Position numbers and translations under genes: made by a program. Shown here piece by piece: positions 1 to 8,819 of a stretch of DNA of 28,093 nucleotides. Location of the stretch: NCBI GenBank assembly GCA_964515535.1, contig CAZERH010000002.1, positions 1 through 28,093 on the forward strand, written 5' to 3'. This DNA is from an uncultured Anaerolineaceae bacterium. GTDB taxonomy: Bacteria > Chloroflexota > Anaerolineae > Anaerolineales > Villigracilaceae. Within the stretch, counting starts at the first letter, position 1. Every line of letters begins with the position of its first letter. The notes under the pieces are model-generated. The model worked only from the letters and a program-made list of their open reading frames with translations. It searched no databases and was not told the origin of the DNA.

Positions 1-912
1 TCACCCCGCATACTTTTTATGGGATCGCCCGATTTAGCGGCGGTTGCCCTTCGTTCTTTAGATGAAAAATTTAACGTAGTCGGCGTTGTCACTCAACCGG
101 ATCGGCGCGCCGGACGCGGCAAAAAACTAATTTCACCCCCCGTCAAAATTCTGGCAGATGAATTGGATATTCCGACTATCCAACCGCGTCGCGTGCGGGA
201 TGCAGAAGCGATGGATGCCATTCGCCGCTTCGCCCCCGACCTAATCGTGGTTGCCGCCTATGGGCAGATTTTGCGCCCCAACTTGCTCGAACTCCCGCGG
301 TATGGATGCGTGAACGTACACGGATCACTCCTCCCGCGTTGGCGTGGAGCCGCGCCTATTCAGGCATCTATTTTGGCAGGCGATGCAGAAACCGGCATCA
401 CCATCATGCTCATGGACGAGGGCATCGACACCGGCAATATGCTCTCACAACGCGCCCTCCCGATTGCGGATGATGATACCGCCGAGGCACTTTTCGCCAA
501 ACTCGCCCCATTGGGCGCAGAGTTGCTAATAGAAACCCTCCCCAAATATCTTAGCGGAGAGATTCAACCCCAAAAACAACCCGAAGAAGGTGCAACTTAC
601 GCCAAAATGCTCAAAAAAGCAGATGGCGAGCTAGATTTCTCGAAAACCGCCCAAGAATTAGAAAGACAAATCCGCGCCTTTACCCCGTGGCCCGGTTCCT
701 TCTTTGAATGGGAGGGCATGCGAGTAAAAATTCATCGTGCCGGAGTGGACAAGAGAAAAAGCCCGGGAATCGGCAAGCGAGTAAAAATAGCGAGCGTACC
801 GGCTATTGGCACATCGGAGGGAATTTTGCTCCTCGAGCAAATCCAACCGGCGGGCAAAAAAACGATGTCGGGAAAATCTTTTTTGGCAGGCGGGAGAGAT
901 TGGGACAACTAA
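1..912 (+). CDS. fmt: Methionyl-tRNA formyltransferase, 5' end probably outside the window
   Basis: The frame is open from base 1 (SPRILF-MGSPD), matching the usual Fmt N-terminus RIxFMG(T/S)PxF, so the ATG at 19 is probably internal. Motifs VVTQPDR, NVHGSLLPRWRGAAPIQ and MDEGIDTG are present. Confidence 0.95.
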   Translation, partial: SPRILFMGSPDLAAVALRSLDEKFNVVGVVTQPDRRAGRGKKLISPPVKILADELDIPTIQPRRVRDAEAMDAIRRFAPDLIVVAAYGQILRPNLLELPRYGCVNVHGSLLPRWRGAAPIQASILAGDAETGITIMLMDEGIDTGNMLSQRALPIADDDTAEALFAKLAPLGAELLIETLPKYLSGEIQPQKQPEEGATYAKMLKKADGELDFSKTAQELERQIRAFTPWPGSFFEWEGMRVKIHRAGVDKRKSPGIGKRVKIASVPAIGTSEGILLLEQIQPAGKKTMSGKSFLAGGRDWDN

Positions 913-2099
913 AATTCGGCACTTATTAGGGGGATTTCCATTTCTTGCGCGGTTAGCCCGCCGTGATGCCCGTAATACTTCATCTCAAAGCTATCTTTTT
1001 CGTACCACCAGACCGATTCGTAGCGATAGGAAAGAATGACCAAATTCCCTACCCGTGAGAGAAAAGTTTCTGAGATGGTTTCGCCGAAATAGCCCGCATT
1101 AATTAATTCTTGAGTTTTGACCACATCCGCTTTTCCGACAAGACGAGATTGGAGGAACTCTTGCGCCTCGTCTAAAAATTCATCTTGGATATATAAAAAC
1201 ATATCGCGCGGTGAGCCAGCCGGAACGAGCGCGTCTCCGGCTGGGTTTCGTTTAAAGAACTTTTCGATTCCACGAAAAGCAGGATAGCGATTAAGGTAAA
1301 CGGTTGTCTCGGGGTCAACCTCAACGTGACCATGATCGGCGGTGAGCAGAAAAAGCGTCTCGCCGCGCGGATGCTCTTTTAACGGGAGCAAGAATTGTTT
1401 CAGGAGCGTATCGAGCAGAGATTCGATTTCGGCGCGGGCGTGCGGGGATACAGGTCCGTATTCGTGCAGGATTCCGTCCACATCTCCGAAATAGAAGGCA
1501 AGATAACGCGGCGTATTTTCTTCGGCGAGAAGCAGACGGAGGTTAACCATCGCTTCGGGAAGGGTTTTATAAGGGTGCATTTTCGCGCCGGCGATGACGA
1601 CATCTGAGTAGGGCGAGGGGGTGAATTCGCGATGTTGAAAAATATGCGTTTCCACGCCCAATTTGGTGAGGGCGGGATAGATGTTTTCGGTTGGGTAGAG
1701 AGTTTCGGGTGGGATGCCGCTTTTTTCGGCGGTGCCGCGCTCTTTTGTCCCGCCGAAGGAGTAGAGGAGCGGGGAGAAGAGGCGGTCGAGTTTCGGCTCG
1801 TAATAAGTCCACTCGAAAACGCCGCTTTCGCCAACCGGTAGCCCGGTATGCCAAGTGGTGACATGTGCGGCGGTGGTGGATGGAAATTGGGAGGTAATTT
1901 TTTCAACTTTGCCATGCCGAGCGAGTTCAACAAAGAAGGGGTGCTTTTTGAATTCTTTGTAAAATCGCCAACCAAATCCGTCTATAAAGAAGAAGATGAG
2001 GGTTTCGTATTCTTTTTTCTCAAAAACATTTTTGATACGTTGTGGTAAGTGGGCGAATCCGCCCGCGTCATAACAGGGTTTGATGAAATTGGGGTTCAT
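909..2099 (-). CDS. Alkaline phosphatase superfamily protein (type I phosphodiesterase/nucleotide pyrophosphatase-like)
   Basis: Metal and nucleophile motifs FFIDGFG, FPSTT (Thr nucleophile), DVDGILH, TADHG and GHHGG. Start moved from 2159 to 2099 (MNPNF) because the upstream ATG overlaps a predicted -10 element. Confidence 0.85.
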   Translation of the reverse strand: MNPNFIKPCYDAGGFAHLPQRIKNVFEKKEYETLIFFFIDGFGWRFYKEFKKHPFFVELARHGKVEKITSQFPSTTAAHVTTWHTGLPVGESGVFEWTYYEPKLDRLFSPLLYSFGGTKERGTAEKSGIPPETLYPTENIYPALTKLGVETHIFQHREFTPSPYSDVVIAGAKMHPYKTLPEAMVNLRLLLAEENTPRYLAFYFGDVDGILHEYGPVSPHARAEIESLLDTLLKQFLLPLKEHPRGETLFLLTADHGHVEVDPETTVYLNRYPAFRGIEKFFKRNPAGDALVPAGSPRDMFLYIQDEFLDEAQEFLQSRLVGKADVVKTQELINAGYFGETISETFLSRVGNLVILSYRYESVWWYEKDSFEMKYYGHHGGLTAQEMEIPLISAEF

Positions 2100-2149
2100 G
2101 ATTTTTATAGCCATTTGATACTTTAGGAAAAAGACCTGCCAAGTTTGCC

Positions 2150-2158
2150 ATTGTATCA
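2150..2158 (-). promoter_or_regulatory. Extended -10 promoter (TG-A-TACAAT) for the AP-superfamily gene
   Basis: Reverse complement of attgtatca, about 50 nt upstream of ATG 2099. Confidence 0.55.
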
Positions 2159-2367
2159 TCCTTCGGCAAAAAAGGATGTTTTATTGCATTCAATATGCGG
2201 GATATTACATCTTTTAGATTGCTTCGCACATGACCTTAATTTGAGTGCCGTAGAGGGGCATTTTTTTGTAAAAAACGCCTCTTCGCTCAATGTCGCAGAT
2301 GTGTTTTTTTAACGGTGGCAAGCTCTTTGCAAGCAGGGGACGATGCGTTAAATCCGTAAATTTTTAG

Positions 2368-2396
2368 TTGCGTACATCCTTTAAATATGCTACACT
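2368..2396 (+). promoter_or_regulatory. Sigma70-type promoter TTGCGT-17 nt-TACACT with TGn extension
   Basis: -35 at 2368-2373, TG at 2388-2389, -10 at 2391-2396, about 30 nt before ATG 2425. Confidence 0.65.
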
Positions 2397-2424
2397 ACGG
2401 GCTAGTCAAAATCCCAGAGGAAAT

Positions 2425-2901
2425 ATGAGTTCATTTATTGGTACGTTGAAGCAAAGTGATATTTTTTATCAGTTTACGCCAACGCAATTGGAGTTGGTGG
2501 CGAACCTATGTCATGATGCCGTTTTTTCTAAAGGGCAGATGATTTTTGAAGAGAATAGTAGCAGTAAAGAGTTGTATGTGATTGCCCGTGGGGAAGTGAA
2601 TATCTTAATTAATTCTTCGGCAGGAAAAAAAGGAACAGTGGTAGCAATTTTGCGGCGGGGGCAATCTTTTGGTGAAGTAGCTTTAGTGGATGAAGGTTTA
2701 CGGTCTGCTTCGGCTAGGGCAGGGGCAAAAGATACTTGCTTGATAATTATTCCTCGTGACCGCTTGTTGATGTTATGCGAGACTTATCCGCAGTTAGGTT
2801 ATCGGTTAATGTATAACCTTTCTGCTGATTTGGCAATGAAAATTCGGAATACAGATTTACGTATTCGCGATCAGGTTTTATACACGCCACCAGAGAAGTA
2901 A
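2425..2901 (+). CDS. Stand-alone cyclic nucleotide-binding domain protein (158 aa, no recognisable HTH)
   Basis: Phosphate-binding cassette FGEVALVDEGLRSASARA and LYVIARGEV. ATG 2425 follows an AGAGG SD; the ORF-track TTG at 2368 is the predicted -35 box. Confidence 0.85.
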   Translation: MSSFIGTLKQSDIFYQFTPTQLELVANLCHDAVFSKGQMIFEENSSSKELYVIARGEVNILINSSAGKKGTVVAILRRGQSFGEVALVDEGLRSASARAGAKDTCLIIIPRDRLLMLCETYPQLGYRLMYNLSADLAMKIRNTDLRIRDQVLYTPPEK

Positions 2902-3139
2902 AGTTTATATAAAAACCCGTTTTTTCCCTTGTATATTATTTTTTAGCGAGTATTATTGAGGCTCTATGTATCTTTGGAGCGTCTTTTGTGTTAGCTATAT
3001 TTAAGTATTATCAGACACTATTTTAAAGGAGGTGGTGCGGACATTTTTTGAGGCGTTGTCTGCCCGGTTTTACTACCCCGTTTTGGGGAGAACACTTTCC
3101 CGTATTATTTCTAATAACCAAAAGAAGGAGAAAAGAATT

Positions 3140-4342
3140 ATGTCTAAACGTTTACTTGCTGTACTTGCCGCCTTGATGATTATCGGCATGGTTTTAACAG
3201 CCTGTGGTGCGCCCGAATACGAATGCACCGATGCTATCGGCTGTGTAACCTACGGTCCCGATGAACCGGTACGCCTTGCTTCCGCATTGGTCATTTCCGG
3301 TCCTAACACCGATTTGGGTGTTGATTCCCAAAATGGTGTTGAAATCGCAATTGCCTTCAAGGGCGATGTTGCCGGTCATCCCATTGAACTTCAAGCCGAA
3401 GATGATGGTTGTTCCGCCGAAGGTGGACAAGCCGCCGGACAGAAAATTGTTTCTGACCCCACCATTATTGGTATCATCGGCACAAGTTGCTCCGGTGCTG
3501 GCGTTCCTTTGTCGAAGGTAATGTCTGATGCCGGTTATGTGATGGTTTCCCCCTCCAACACTTCCCCCGCATTGACCAATCCTGACTCTGCATGGAATTC
3601 CGGCTATTACCGAACTGCGCATAATGACAAAGTTCAAGGTAAAGCTATGGCTGACTTCGCTTTTGATGTTTTGGGCGTAACTACTGCCGCCGCTATCCAT
3701 GATGGCGATCCCTACACCGAAGGTCTTGCTCGTGTATTTGCTGATAATTTTGAAGCTCTTGGTGGCACAATTGTTGAATTCACCGCTGTAAACAAAGGTG
3801 ATACCGATATGCGCCCCGTTTTGACCGCTGTTGCCGCCGCCGGTCCTCCTGAGTTCATTTACTACCCCGTCTTCACTGCAGAAGGTGGATTCTTGACCAA
3901 ACAGGCAAAAGAAGTTACCGGTCTTGAAGACACTATCTTAGCCGCCGCCGACGGCATGATTTCCCCCGCCGCTATTGAAGCGGTTGGTGAAGCCGGCGAA
4001 GGCATGTACTTCTCTGGTCCAGACCTTTCTTTCACCAATGAACTCTACAGCACTTTCTTGGCAAAATACAAAGAAGATTACGGCACCGAACCGATTTCGG
4101 TTTTCCACGCTCACGCTTTTGACGCAACCAATATGATTTTGAGCTGTGTTGAAGAAGTTGGCGTTGTTGATGGTGATTATCTCCATATTGGTCGCCAAGC
4201 CATGCGCGATTGTCTCTCCGCTACCTCCGGGTACGATGGCATCACCGGCACACTCACCTGTAGCGAATATGGTGACTGCGCTGATCCTCAAATCACTGTT
4301 TCCCAACTCAACAATGGTGAATATGAGGTTGTCTGGCCCTAA
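3140..4342 (+). CDS. livK: Branched-chain amino acid ABC transporter substrate-binding lipoprotein (LivK/LivJ family)
   Basis: Signal peptide II MSKRLLAVLAALMIIGMVLTA-C after an AAGGAG SD. Motifs EDDGCS, GTSCSG, VSPSNT and YYRTAHND; upstream of livHMGF. The actual substrate is not determinable from sequence. Confidence 0.88.
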   Translation: MSKRLLAVLAALMIIGMVLTACGAPEYECTDAIGCVTYGPDEPVRLASALVISGPNTDLGVDSQNGVEIAIAFKGDVAGHPIELQAEDDGCSAEGGQAAGQKIVSDPTIIGIIGTSCSGAGVPLSKVMSDAGYVMVSPSNTSPALTNPDSAWNSGYYRTAHNDKVQGKAMADFAFDVLGVTTAAAIHDGDPYTEGLARVFADNFEALGGTIVEFTAVNKGDTDMRPVLTAVAAAGPPEFIYYPVFTAEGGFLTKQAKEVTGLEDTILAAADGMISPAAIEAVGEAGEGMYFSGPDLSFTNELYSTFLAKYKEDYGTEPISVFHAHAFDATNMILSCVEEVGVVDGDYLHIGRQAMRDCLSATSGYDGITGTLTCSEYGDCADPQITVSQLNNGEYEVVWP

Positions 4343-4378
4343 CCCTTAGGAACTCGGATTAAATAATTTGTGGGACAT

Positions 4379-4410
4379 AAACCTGACGGGTCTTTAGACC
4401 TGTCAGGTTT
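4379..4410. repeat. REP-like palindrome (ACCTGAC...GTCAGGT family)
   Basis: aaacctgacgggtct-tt-agacctgtcaggttt: 15-bp stem with one G:T, 36 nt after the livK stop. The same core recurs at 8828/8964 and 10034. Confidence 0.8.
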
Positions 4411-4460
4411 TTCCCTAACGTATTCGATTTTCATCGTTAATGTAGATAAGAATCTAATGG

Positions 4461-4495
4461 GGATGGGGTCGCAAATAGAGCGACCCCGTCCTTTT
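4461..4495 (+). terminator. Intercistronic terminator-like hairpin between livK and livH
   Basis: ggatggggtcgc-aaataga-gcgaccccgtcc (12 bp, one G:T) followed by tttt. Confidence 0.65.
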
Positions 4496-4527
4496 AGCTC
4501 AAAGTTAGAAAAAAGAGGATAACTCTT

Positions 4528-5589
4528 ATGTCAGAAAGAATTAAACAAATTGACTTTCTCGGCGTGATTATGTGGCTGTTTCGCACAGGCATTATTGTTG
4601 CCATGCTCTGGGGAACAATTGCCACCTTGATGGATAATCCCTACTCCGTAAGAGCTTGGACAGATACCATTGTGGCAGGCATTGCTCAAGGAAGTCTATA
4701 CGCGCTCATTGCTATCGGTTATACCCTCGTTTACGGGGTACTTTTTATGATCAACTTCGCTCATGGCGAATTCTTCATGTCCGGTATTATGACCTCCACC
4801 ATTTTCCTTGCTATGCCAATGAGCGAATCTGGATATTTAGATGCGCATCCGGTTCTTGGCATCACAATCATTGCCGTTGTAACAATGCTTGTTTCTATAG
4901 GTGTTGCTTTATTAACAGAGCGCATAGCCTATAAACCTTTGCGCGGTGCTCCTCGTTTAGTTCCTCTTATTACAGCGATTGGCGCATCTTTTTTCTGGCA
5001 GTATTTCTTCAGAGGCTTATACGGCTCAGAAGTAAAACCCTTCCCCCTTATTGATGCTGTTGCCGGAAAGGTTTCAATCGGTGGCGTTCAAATTTTGAAA
5101 TCACAAGTTCTAGTTATTGTAGTTGCAATTTTAATGTTGATAGGCTTATATCTTTTTGTCGTAAAAACCAAAGTCGGAAAATCTATTCGAGCCGCCGCCG
5201 AGAACAAAGATGTAGCCCGACTAATGGGCATAGATGTTGACAAAGCCATCACAATCACCTTTACAATGGGCGCGGCGATGGCGGGAATAGCAGGCGTATT
5301 ATATGCACTCGTTTTTAGACAAGTCCACTTTTTTATGGGATTTTTCCCAGGAATCAAGGCTTTTACAGCGGCAGTTTTGGGCGGTATCGGCAGTATTCCC
5401 GGAGCGGCATTAGGAGGTTTGCTACTAGGCATCTTCGAGTCTGTAGGACCAGGTCTCTTCCTCGAAGGACTAGGGGTGCCCTCCCCGCATCAGTTAAAAG
5501 ATGTCATTGCTTTTACAATGTTAGTTTTAGTGCTAATTTTCCGCCCGCAAGGTATCCTTGGGGAAAGTTTAGCCGAAGAAAAGGCATAG
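4528..5589 (+). CDS. livH: Branched-chain amino acid ABC transporter permease
   Basis: GSLYALIAIGYTLVYGVLFMINFAHGEFFM, GKSIRAAAENKDVARLMGID, FTAAVLGGIGSIPGA, LIFRPQGILG. Confidence 0.93.
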   Translation: MSERIKQIDFLGVIMWLFRTGIIVAMLWGTIATLMDNPYSVRAWTDTIVAGIAQGSLYALIAIGYTLVYGVLFMINFAHGEFFMSGIMTSTIFLAMPMSESGYLDAHPVLGITIIAVVTMLVSIGVALLTERIAYKPLRGAPRLVPLITAIGASFFWQYFFRGLYGSEVKPFPLIDAVAGKVSIGGVQILKSQVLVIVVAILMLIGLYLFVVKTKVGKSIRAAAENKDVARLMGIDVDKAITITFTMGAAMAGIAGVLYALVFRQVHFFMGFFPGIKAFTAAVLGGIGSIPGAALGGLLLGIFESVGPGLFLEGLGVPSPHQLKDVIAFTMLVLVLIFRPQGILGESLAEEKA

Positions 5590-5599
5590 GAGACTTCTT

Positions 5600-7282
5600 A
5601 TGAATAAATCCATTACCACTAAAGATATTATTAACAAAGGTCTCTTAGCGGGCATTATAGTCCTCAGCTTAAGTCTTATTGGCTTCATTATGTTGCTCGG
5701 AGAAAGAGAACTAATTAAAGGGTGGTTTACATTAGGGCATGTTTTTCTAGTAGCTACCCCTGTGACAATTGCCTATTTCACTACGCATAATATGGGATCT
5801 GAAGGCAAAGCAAAACCACTAGGAATCGGCTTTGCGATTGGCGCAATATCAGCACTCCCCTCCATATTCCTTATTTTTATTGAAACAACCACTGAACTTC
5901 GGGAGTTTTTAGCAAATGTTTCTCCGGCTTTAACCGAATTTCTTACTTTCGGGCAAGGTGTTGTCGTGGGAAGTTTCTTGCTCCTCCTCCTTTTCGGGAT
6001 TATAGGCGCGCTAGCATCTCTCATAAGTATCACAGATAAAAAAATCCGCCACCCCCTCCTGACCGCCATCATGTGGACCTTGGGCATAGCCACCTTCTCA
6101 GAAATTCTCTTAATACGTGTTCGGGATATATTTGGCAGAGGCATAGCGAAACTCATTTTCTCAGGAAAATCACTTAATCCTCTCTTTGCCATCATCTTAT
6201 TTCTTATCGTAGCCGGAATTACAATTTTTTGGGATAAAAACGGAGATAGCTACAAAGAAAAAATGGCTAATTACTCCCCCGCGAAGAAAAAACAACTATC
6301 CAAAAGCAAATCCATTCTCCTGATAGTTGTCATTCTCTTCTTACCCCTTCTCCTTGGCTCCTACCTCACAGAAGTTACTAACAACGTAGGCTTATATATC
6401 CTCATGGGATTAGGGCTAAATATCGTAGTCGGCTTTGCAGGTCTACTGGATTTAGGATACGTTGCCTTTTTCGCCATCGGGGCTTATGTGATGGGTGTCC
6501 TAACCTCCGAAGGCGCGTTAGGATTGGACATAGGCTTTACCTTCTGGACAGCTCTACCCTTTGCCGTCATGACCGCCGTCCTCTTCGGCATCGTGCTGGG
6601 CGTCCCTGTTTTGGGCATGAGAGGCGATTATTTAGCAATTGTGACGCTCGGATTTGGTGAAATCATCCGTGTTATCGCCGTATCCGATCTTTTCAAAGAC
6701 ACGTTGGGGGGCGCACAAGGCATTTTACAAATCCCTAAACCGGAATTCTTTGGTATAGAGTTGGTCCAGCCGGGACAACTCTACTACGTTGTTTTGGCAG
6801 GCGTGCTACTAGCCGTATTTATCGCCACCCGTCTTCGAGATTCTCGCCTCGGTCGCCAATGGATGGCACTCCGCGAAGATGAAGATGTCGCTGAAGCAAT
6901 GGGCATGAATTTAGTCAGCACCAAATTGATGGCTTTTGCCACAGGCGCGGCTTTCTCCGGTTTGGCGGGTGCGATCTTTGCATCAAAACTAACCTCCATC
7001 TTCCCGCATAGTTTCAATCTGATTATTTCTATCAACGTTTTATCCCTGATTATTGTGGGCGGTGTTGGTAGCATCCCCGGCGTTTTTGCAGGCGCACTAA
7101 TCCTTGTCGGTCTACCTGAGCTTCTCAGAGAATTTGCAGAGTACCGTATGTTAATATATGGTGTTTTGCTAATCGTTATGATGCTCTTCAAACCGGAAGG
7201 GTTTTTGCCGGACGAACGTAGAAAAAGAGAGCTGAGACCAGATGATGATTTTCCCAGCCAAAGTGCTGAAACATCAAGTTAG
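5600..7282 (+). CDS. livM: Branched-chain amino acid ABC transporter permease with long N-terminal membrane extension
   Basis: GLNIVVGFAGLLDLGYVAFFAIGAY, LGMRGDYLAIVTLGFGEI, SRLGRQWMALREDE, KPEG. About 240 extra hydrophobic residues at the N-terminus. Confidence 0.92.
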   Translation: MNKSITTKDIINKGLLAGIIVLSLSLIGFIMLLGERELIKGWFTLGHVFLVATPVTIAYFTTHNMGSEGKAKPLGIGFAIGAISALPSIFLIFIETTTELREFLANVSPALTEFLTFGQGVVVGSFLLLLLFGIIGALASLISITDKKIRHPLLTAIMWTLGIATFSEILLIRVRDIFGRGIAKLIFSGKSLNPLFAIILFLIVAGITIFWDKNGDSYKEKMANYSPAKKKQLSKSKSILLIVVILFLPLLLGSYLTEVTNNVGLYILMGLGLNIVVGFAGLLDLGYVAFFAIGAYVMGVLTSEGALGLDIGFTFWTALPFAVMTAVLFGIVLGVPVLGMRGDYLAIVTLGFGEIIRVIAVSDLFKDTLGGAQGILQIPKPEFFGIELVQPGQLYYVVLAGVLLAVFIATRLRDSRLGRQWMALREDEDVAEAMGMNLVSTKLMAFATGAAFSGLAGAIFASKLTSIFPHSFNLIISINVLSLIIVGGVGSIPGVFAGALILVGLPELLREFAEYRMLIYGVLLIVMMLFKPEGFLPDERRKRELRPDDDFPSQSAETSS

Positions 7283-7291
7283 GAGACAATC

Positions 7292-8092
7292 ATGAGCATA
7301 ATACTTAGTACACATAATGTCACAAAACGCTTTGGTGGTCTCGTAGCAGTCAATTCCTTTGAAATTGACGTAAAAGAAAATTCCATCTCTAGTGTAATTG
7401 GACCTAACGGTGCAGGAAAAACAACTTTCTTCAACTGCATCACAGGCTTCTATACTCCAACTGAAGGCGAAATTATCTTTGACGGAAAATCCCATATCGA
7501 AGGACTTCGCCCAGACCAAGTAACCCTAAAAGGCATTTCGCGTACCTATCAAAATATCCGCCTTTTCTCAAAGATGACAGCTATAGAAAACATCTTGGTT
7601 GGCGAGCATAGGCATCTACGAACGCACTGGGTCGAAGCCATTTTCAAAACCAAGAACTTCCTCAGAGAAGAAGAAGAAGCACTAGACGAAGCCATTCGTT
7701 TGCTCAACTTTGTCGGTTTAAGCGGACTTGGCGATCAGATTGCTCACAATCTGCCTTACGGTGCACAACGCCGTCTTGAAATCGCGCGTGCGCTTGCCAG
7801 CAAACCCAAACTTTTACTCCTAGATGAACCAACCGCCGGAATGAACCCGAACGAATCCATTGAACTGATGCACTTCATCCGCCGATTGCGAGATGAAGTG
7901 GGCATTACCATCTTAATGATTGAACATGACATGAAAGTCGTCATGGGAATTAGCGAAGAAATTTGGGTCATGGACTTTGGTGAAAAAATCGCAGAAGGAA
8001 CACCGCTCGAAATCCAGCGCAACCCGCAAGTTATCGAAGCCTACTTAGGTAGCGGTGCCGCATCCGGATTAAACTTGGAGCAGGGAGAATAA
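7292..8092 (+). CDS. livG: Branched-chain amino acid ABC transporter ATP-binding protein
   Basis: Walker A GPNGAGKTT, SRTYQNIRLF, signature LPYGAQRRLEIARAL, Walker B LLLLDEP, H-loop IEHDM. Confidence 0.95.
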   Translation: MSIILSTHNVTKRFGGLVAVNSFEIDVKENSISSVIGPNGAGKTTFFNCITGFYTPTEGEIIFDGKSHIEGLRPDQVTLKGISRTYQNIRLFSKMTAIENILVGEHRHLRTHWVEAIFKTKNFLREEEEALDEAIRLLNFVGLSGLGDQIAHNLPYGAQRRLEIARALASKPKLLLLDEPTAGMNPNESIELMHFIRRLRDEVGITILMIEHDMKVVMGISEEIWVMDFGEKIAEGTPLEIQRNPQVIEAYLGSGAASGLNLEQGE

Positions 8093-8093
8093 A

Positions 8094-8807
8094 ATGGCAA
8101 TGTTAGAAGTTAATGACATCCATACCTATTATGGAAATATCCACGCCCTAAAAGGCATCTCAATCACCGTTGAAGAAGGCGAAATTGTTACCCTGATTGG
8201 TGCTAATGGCGCAGGAAAAACGACAACCTTACGTACAATCAGTGGCCTCTTAACCCCGCGTGAGGGAAGTATCTCTTATCTTGGCAAAGATATTGTCGGG
8301 ACGCCCGCCCATGAACTTGTTTATCAAAGGATGGCAATGGTGCCCGAAGGTCGCGGTGTTTTTGCAAAACTTACCGTGCAAGAGAACTTTGAGATGGGTG
8401 CCTTTAGCCGCGATGATAAAGCTGGCATAGCCAGAGACCTTGAGCGCGTCTTTACACTTTTCCCTCGAATGAAAGAGAGACGTAAACAAGTTGCTGGAAC
8501 GCTCTCTGGTGGAGAACAACAAATGTTGGCGACCGGACGTGCTATGATGTCGGCACCTCGTCTTCTTATGTTGGATGAGCCATCTATGGGACTTGCCCCT
8601 GTTCTCGTAGATGCGGTCTTCGATGCCATCGTAGAAATCAATAAAGAAGGGACAACCATCTTACTGGTTGAGCAAAATGCTCTCATGGCACTATCTATCG
8701 CCAATCGAGGCTATGTGCTTCAAACCGGACAAATTGTCCTCCATGATGACGCAGAGAAACTTAAAAACAATGAGATGGTGAAAAAAGCATATCTTGGCGT
8801 AGACTAA
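8094..8807 (+). CDS. livF: Branched-chain amino acid ABC transporter ATP-binding protein
   Basis: GANGAGKTT, VPEGRGVF, LSGGEQQMLA, LMLDEPSMGLAP, VEQN. Confidence 0.95.
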   Translation: MAMLEVNDIHTYYGNIHALKGISITVEEGEIVTLIGANGAGKTTTLRTISGLLTPREGSISYLGKDIVGTPAHELVYQRMAMVPEGRGVFAKLTVQENFEMGAFSRDDKAGIARDLERVFTLFPRMKERRKQVAGTLSGGEQQMLATGRAMMSAPRLLMLDEPSMGLAPVLVDAVFDAIVEINKEGTTILLVEQNALMALSIANRGYVLQTGQIVLHDDAEKLKNNEMVKKAYLGVD

Positions 8808-8819
8808 AAAACAAAAAAA

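Noticed and set aside
1400-1975. 191-aa alternative-frame ORF inside the AP-superfamily gene
   Set aside because: Same-strand shadow frame, S/P/R/K-rich, no motif or SD. The main frame keeps all catalytic motifs, so no frameshift is needed.
909-2099. AP-superfamily protein as BREX PglZ
   Set aside because: Only about 396 aa, lacks the long PglZ N-terminal region, and no brx/pgl genes are nearby.
2240-2270. Hairpin plus T tract (agtgcc-gtagagg-ggcatt-ttttt) as a riboswitch or terminator
   Set aside because: Weak 6-bp stem with a G:T pair, no aptamer consensus, and no plus-strand transcript to terminate.
3032-3139. ORF-track N-terminal extension of LivK (likewise 2100-2159, 2368-2424, 9059-9121, 23783-23824)
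   Set aside because: Signal peptide, SD positions, family N-termini and promoter elements overlapping these upstream codons favour the downstream ATGs.
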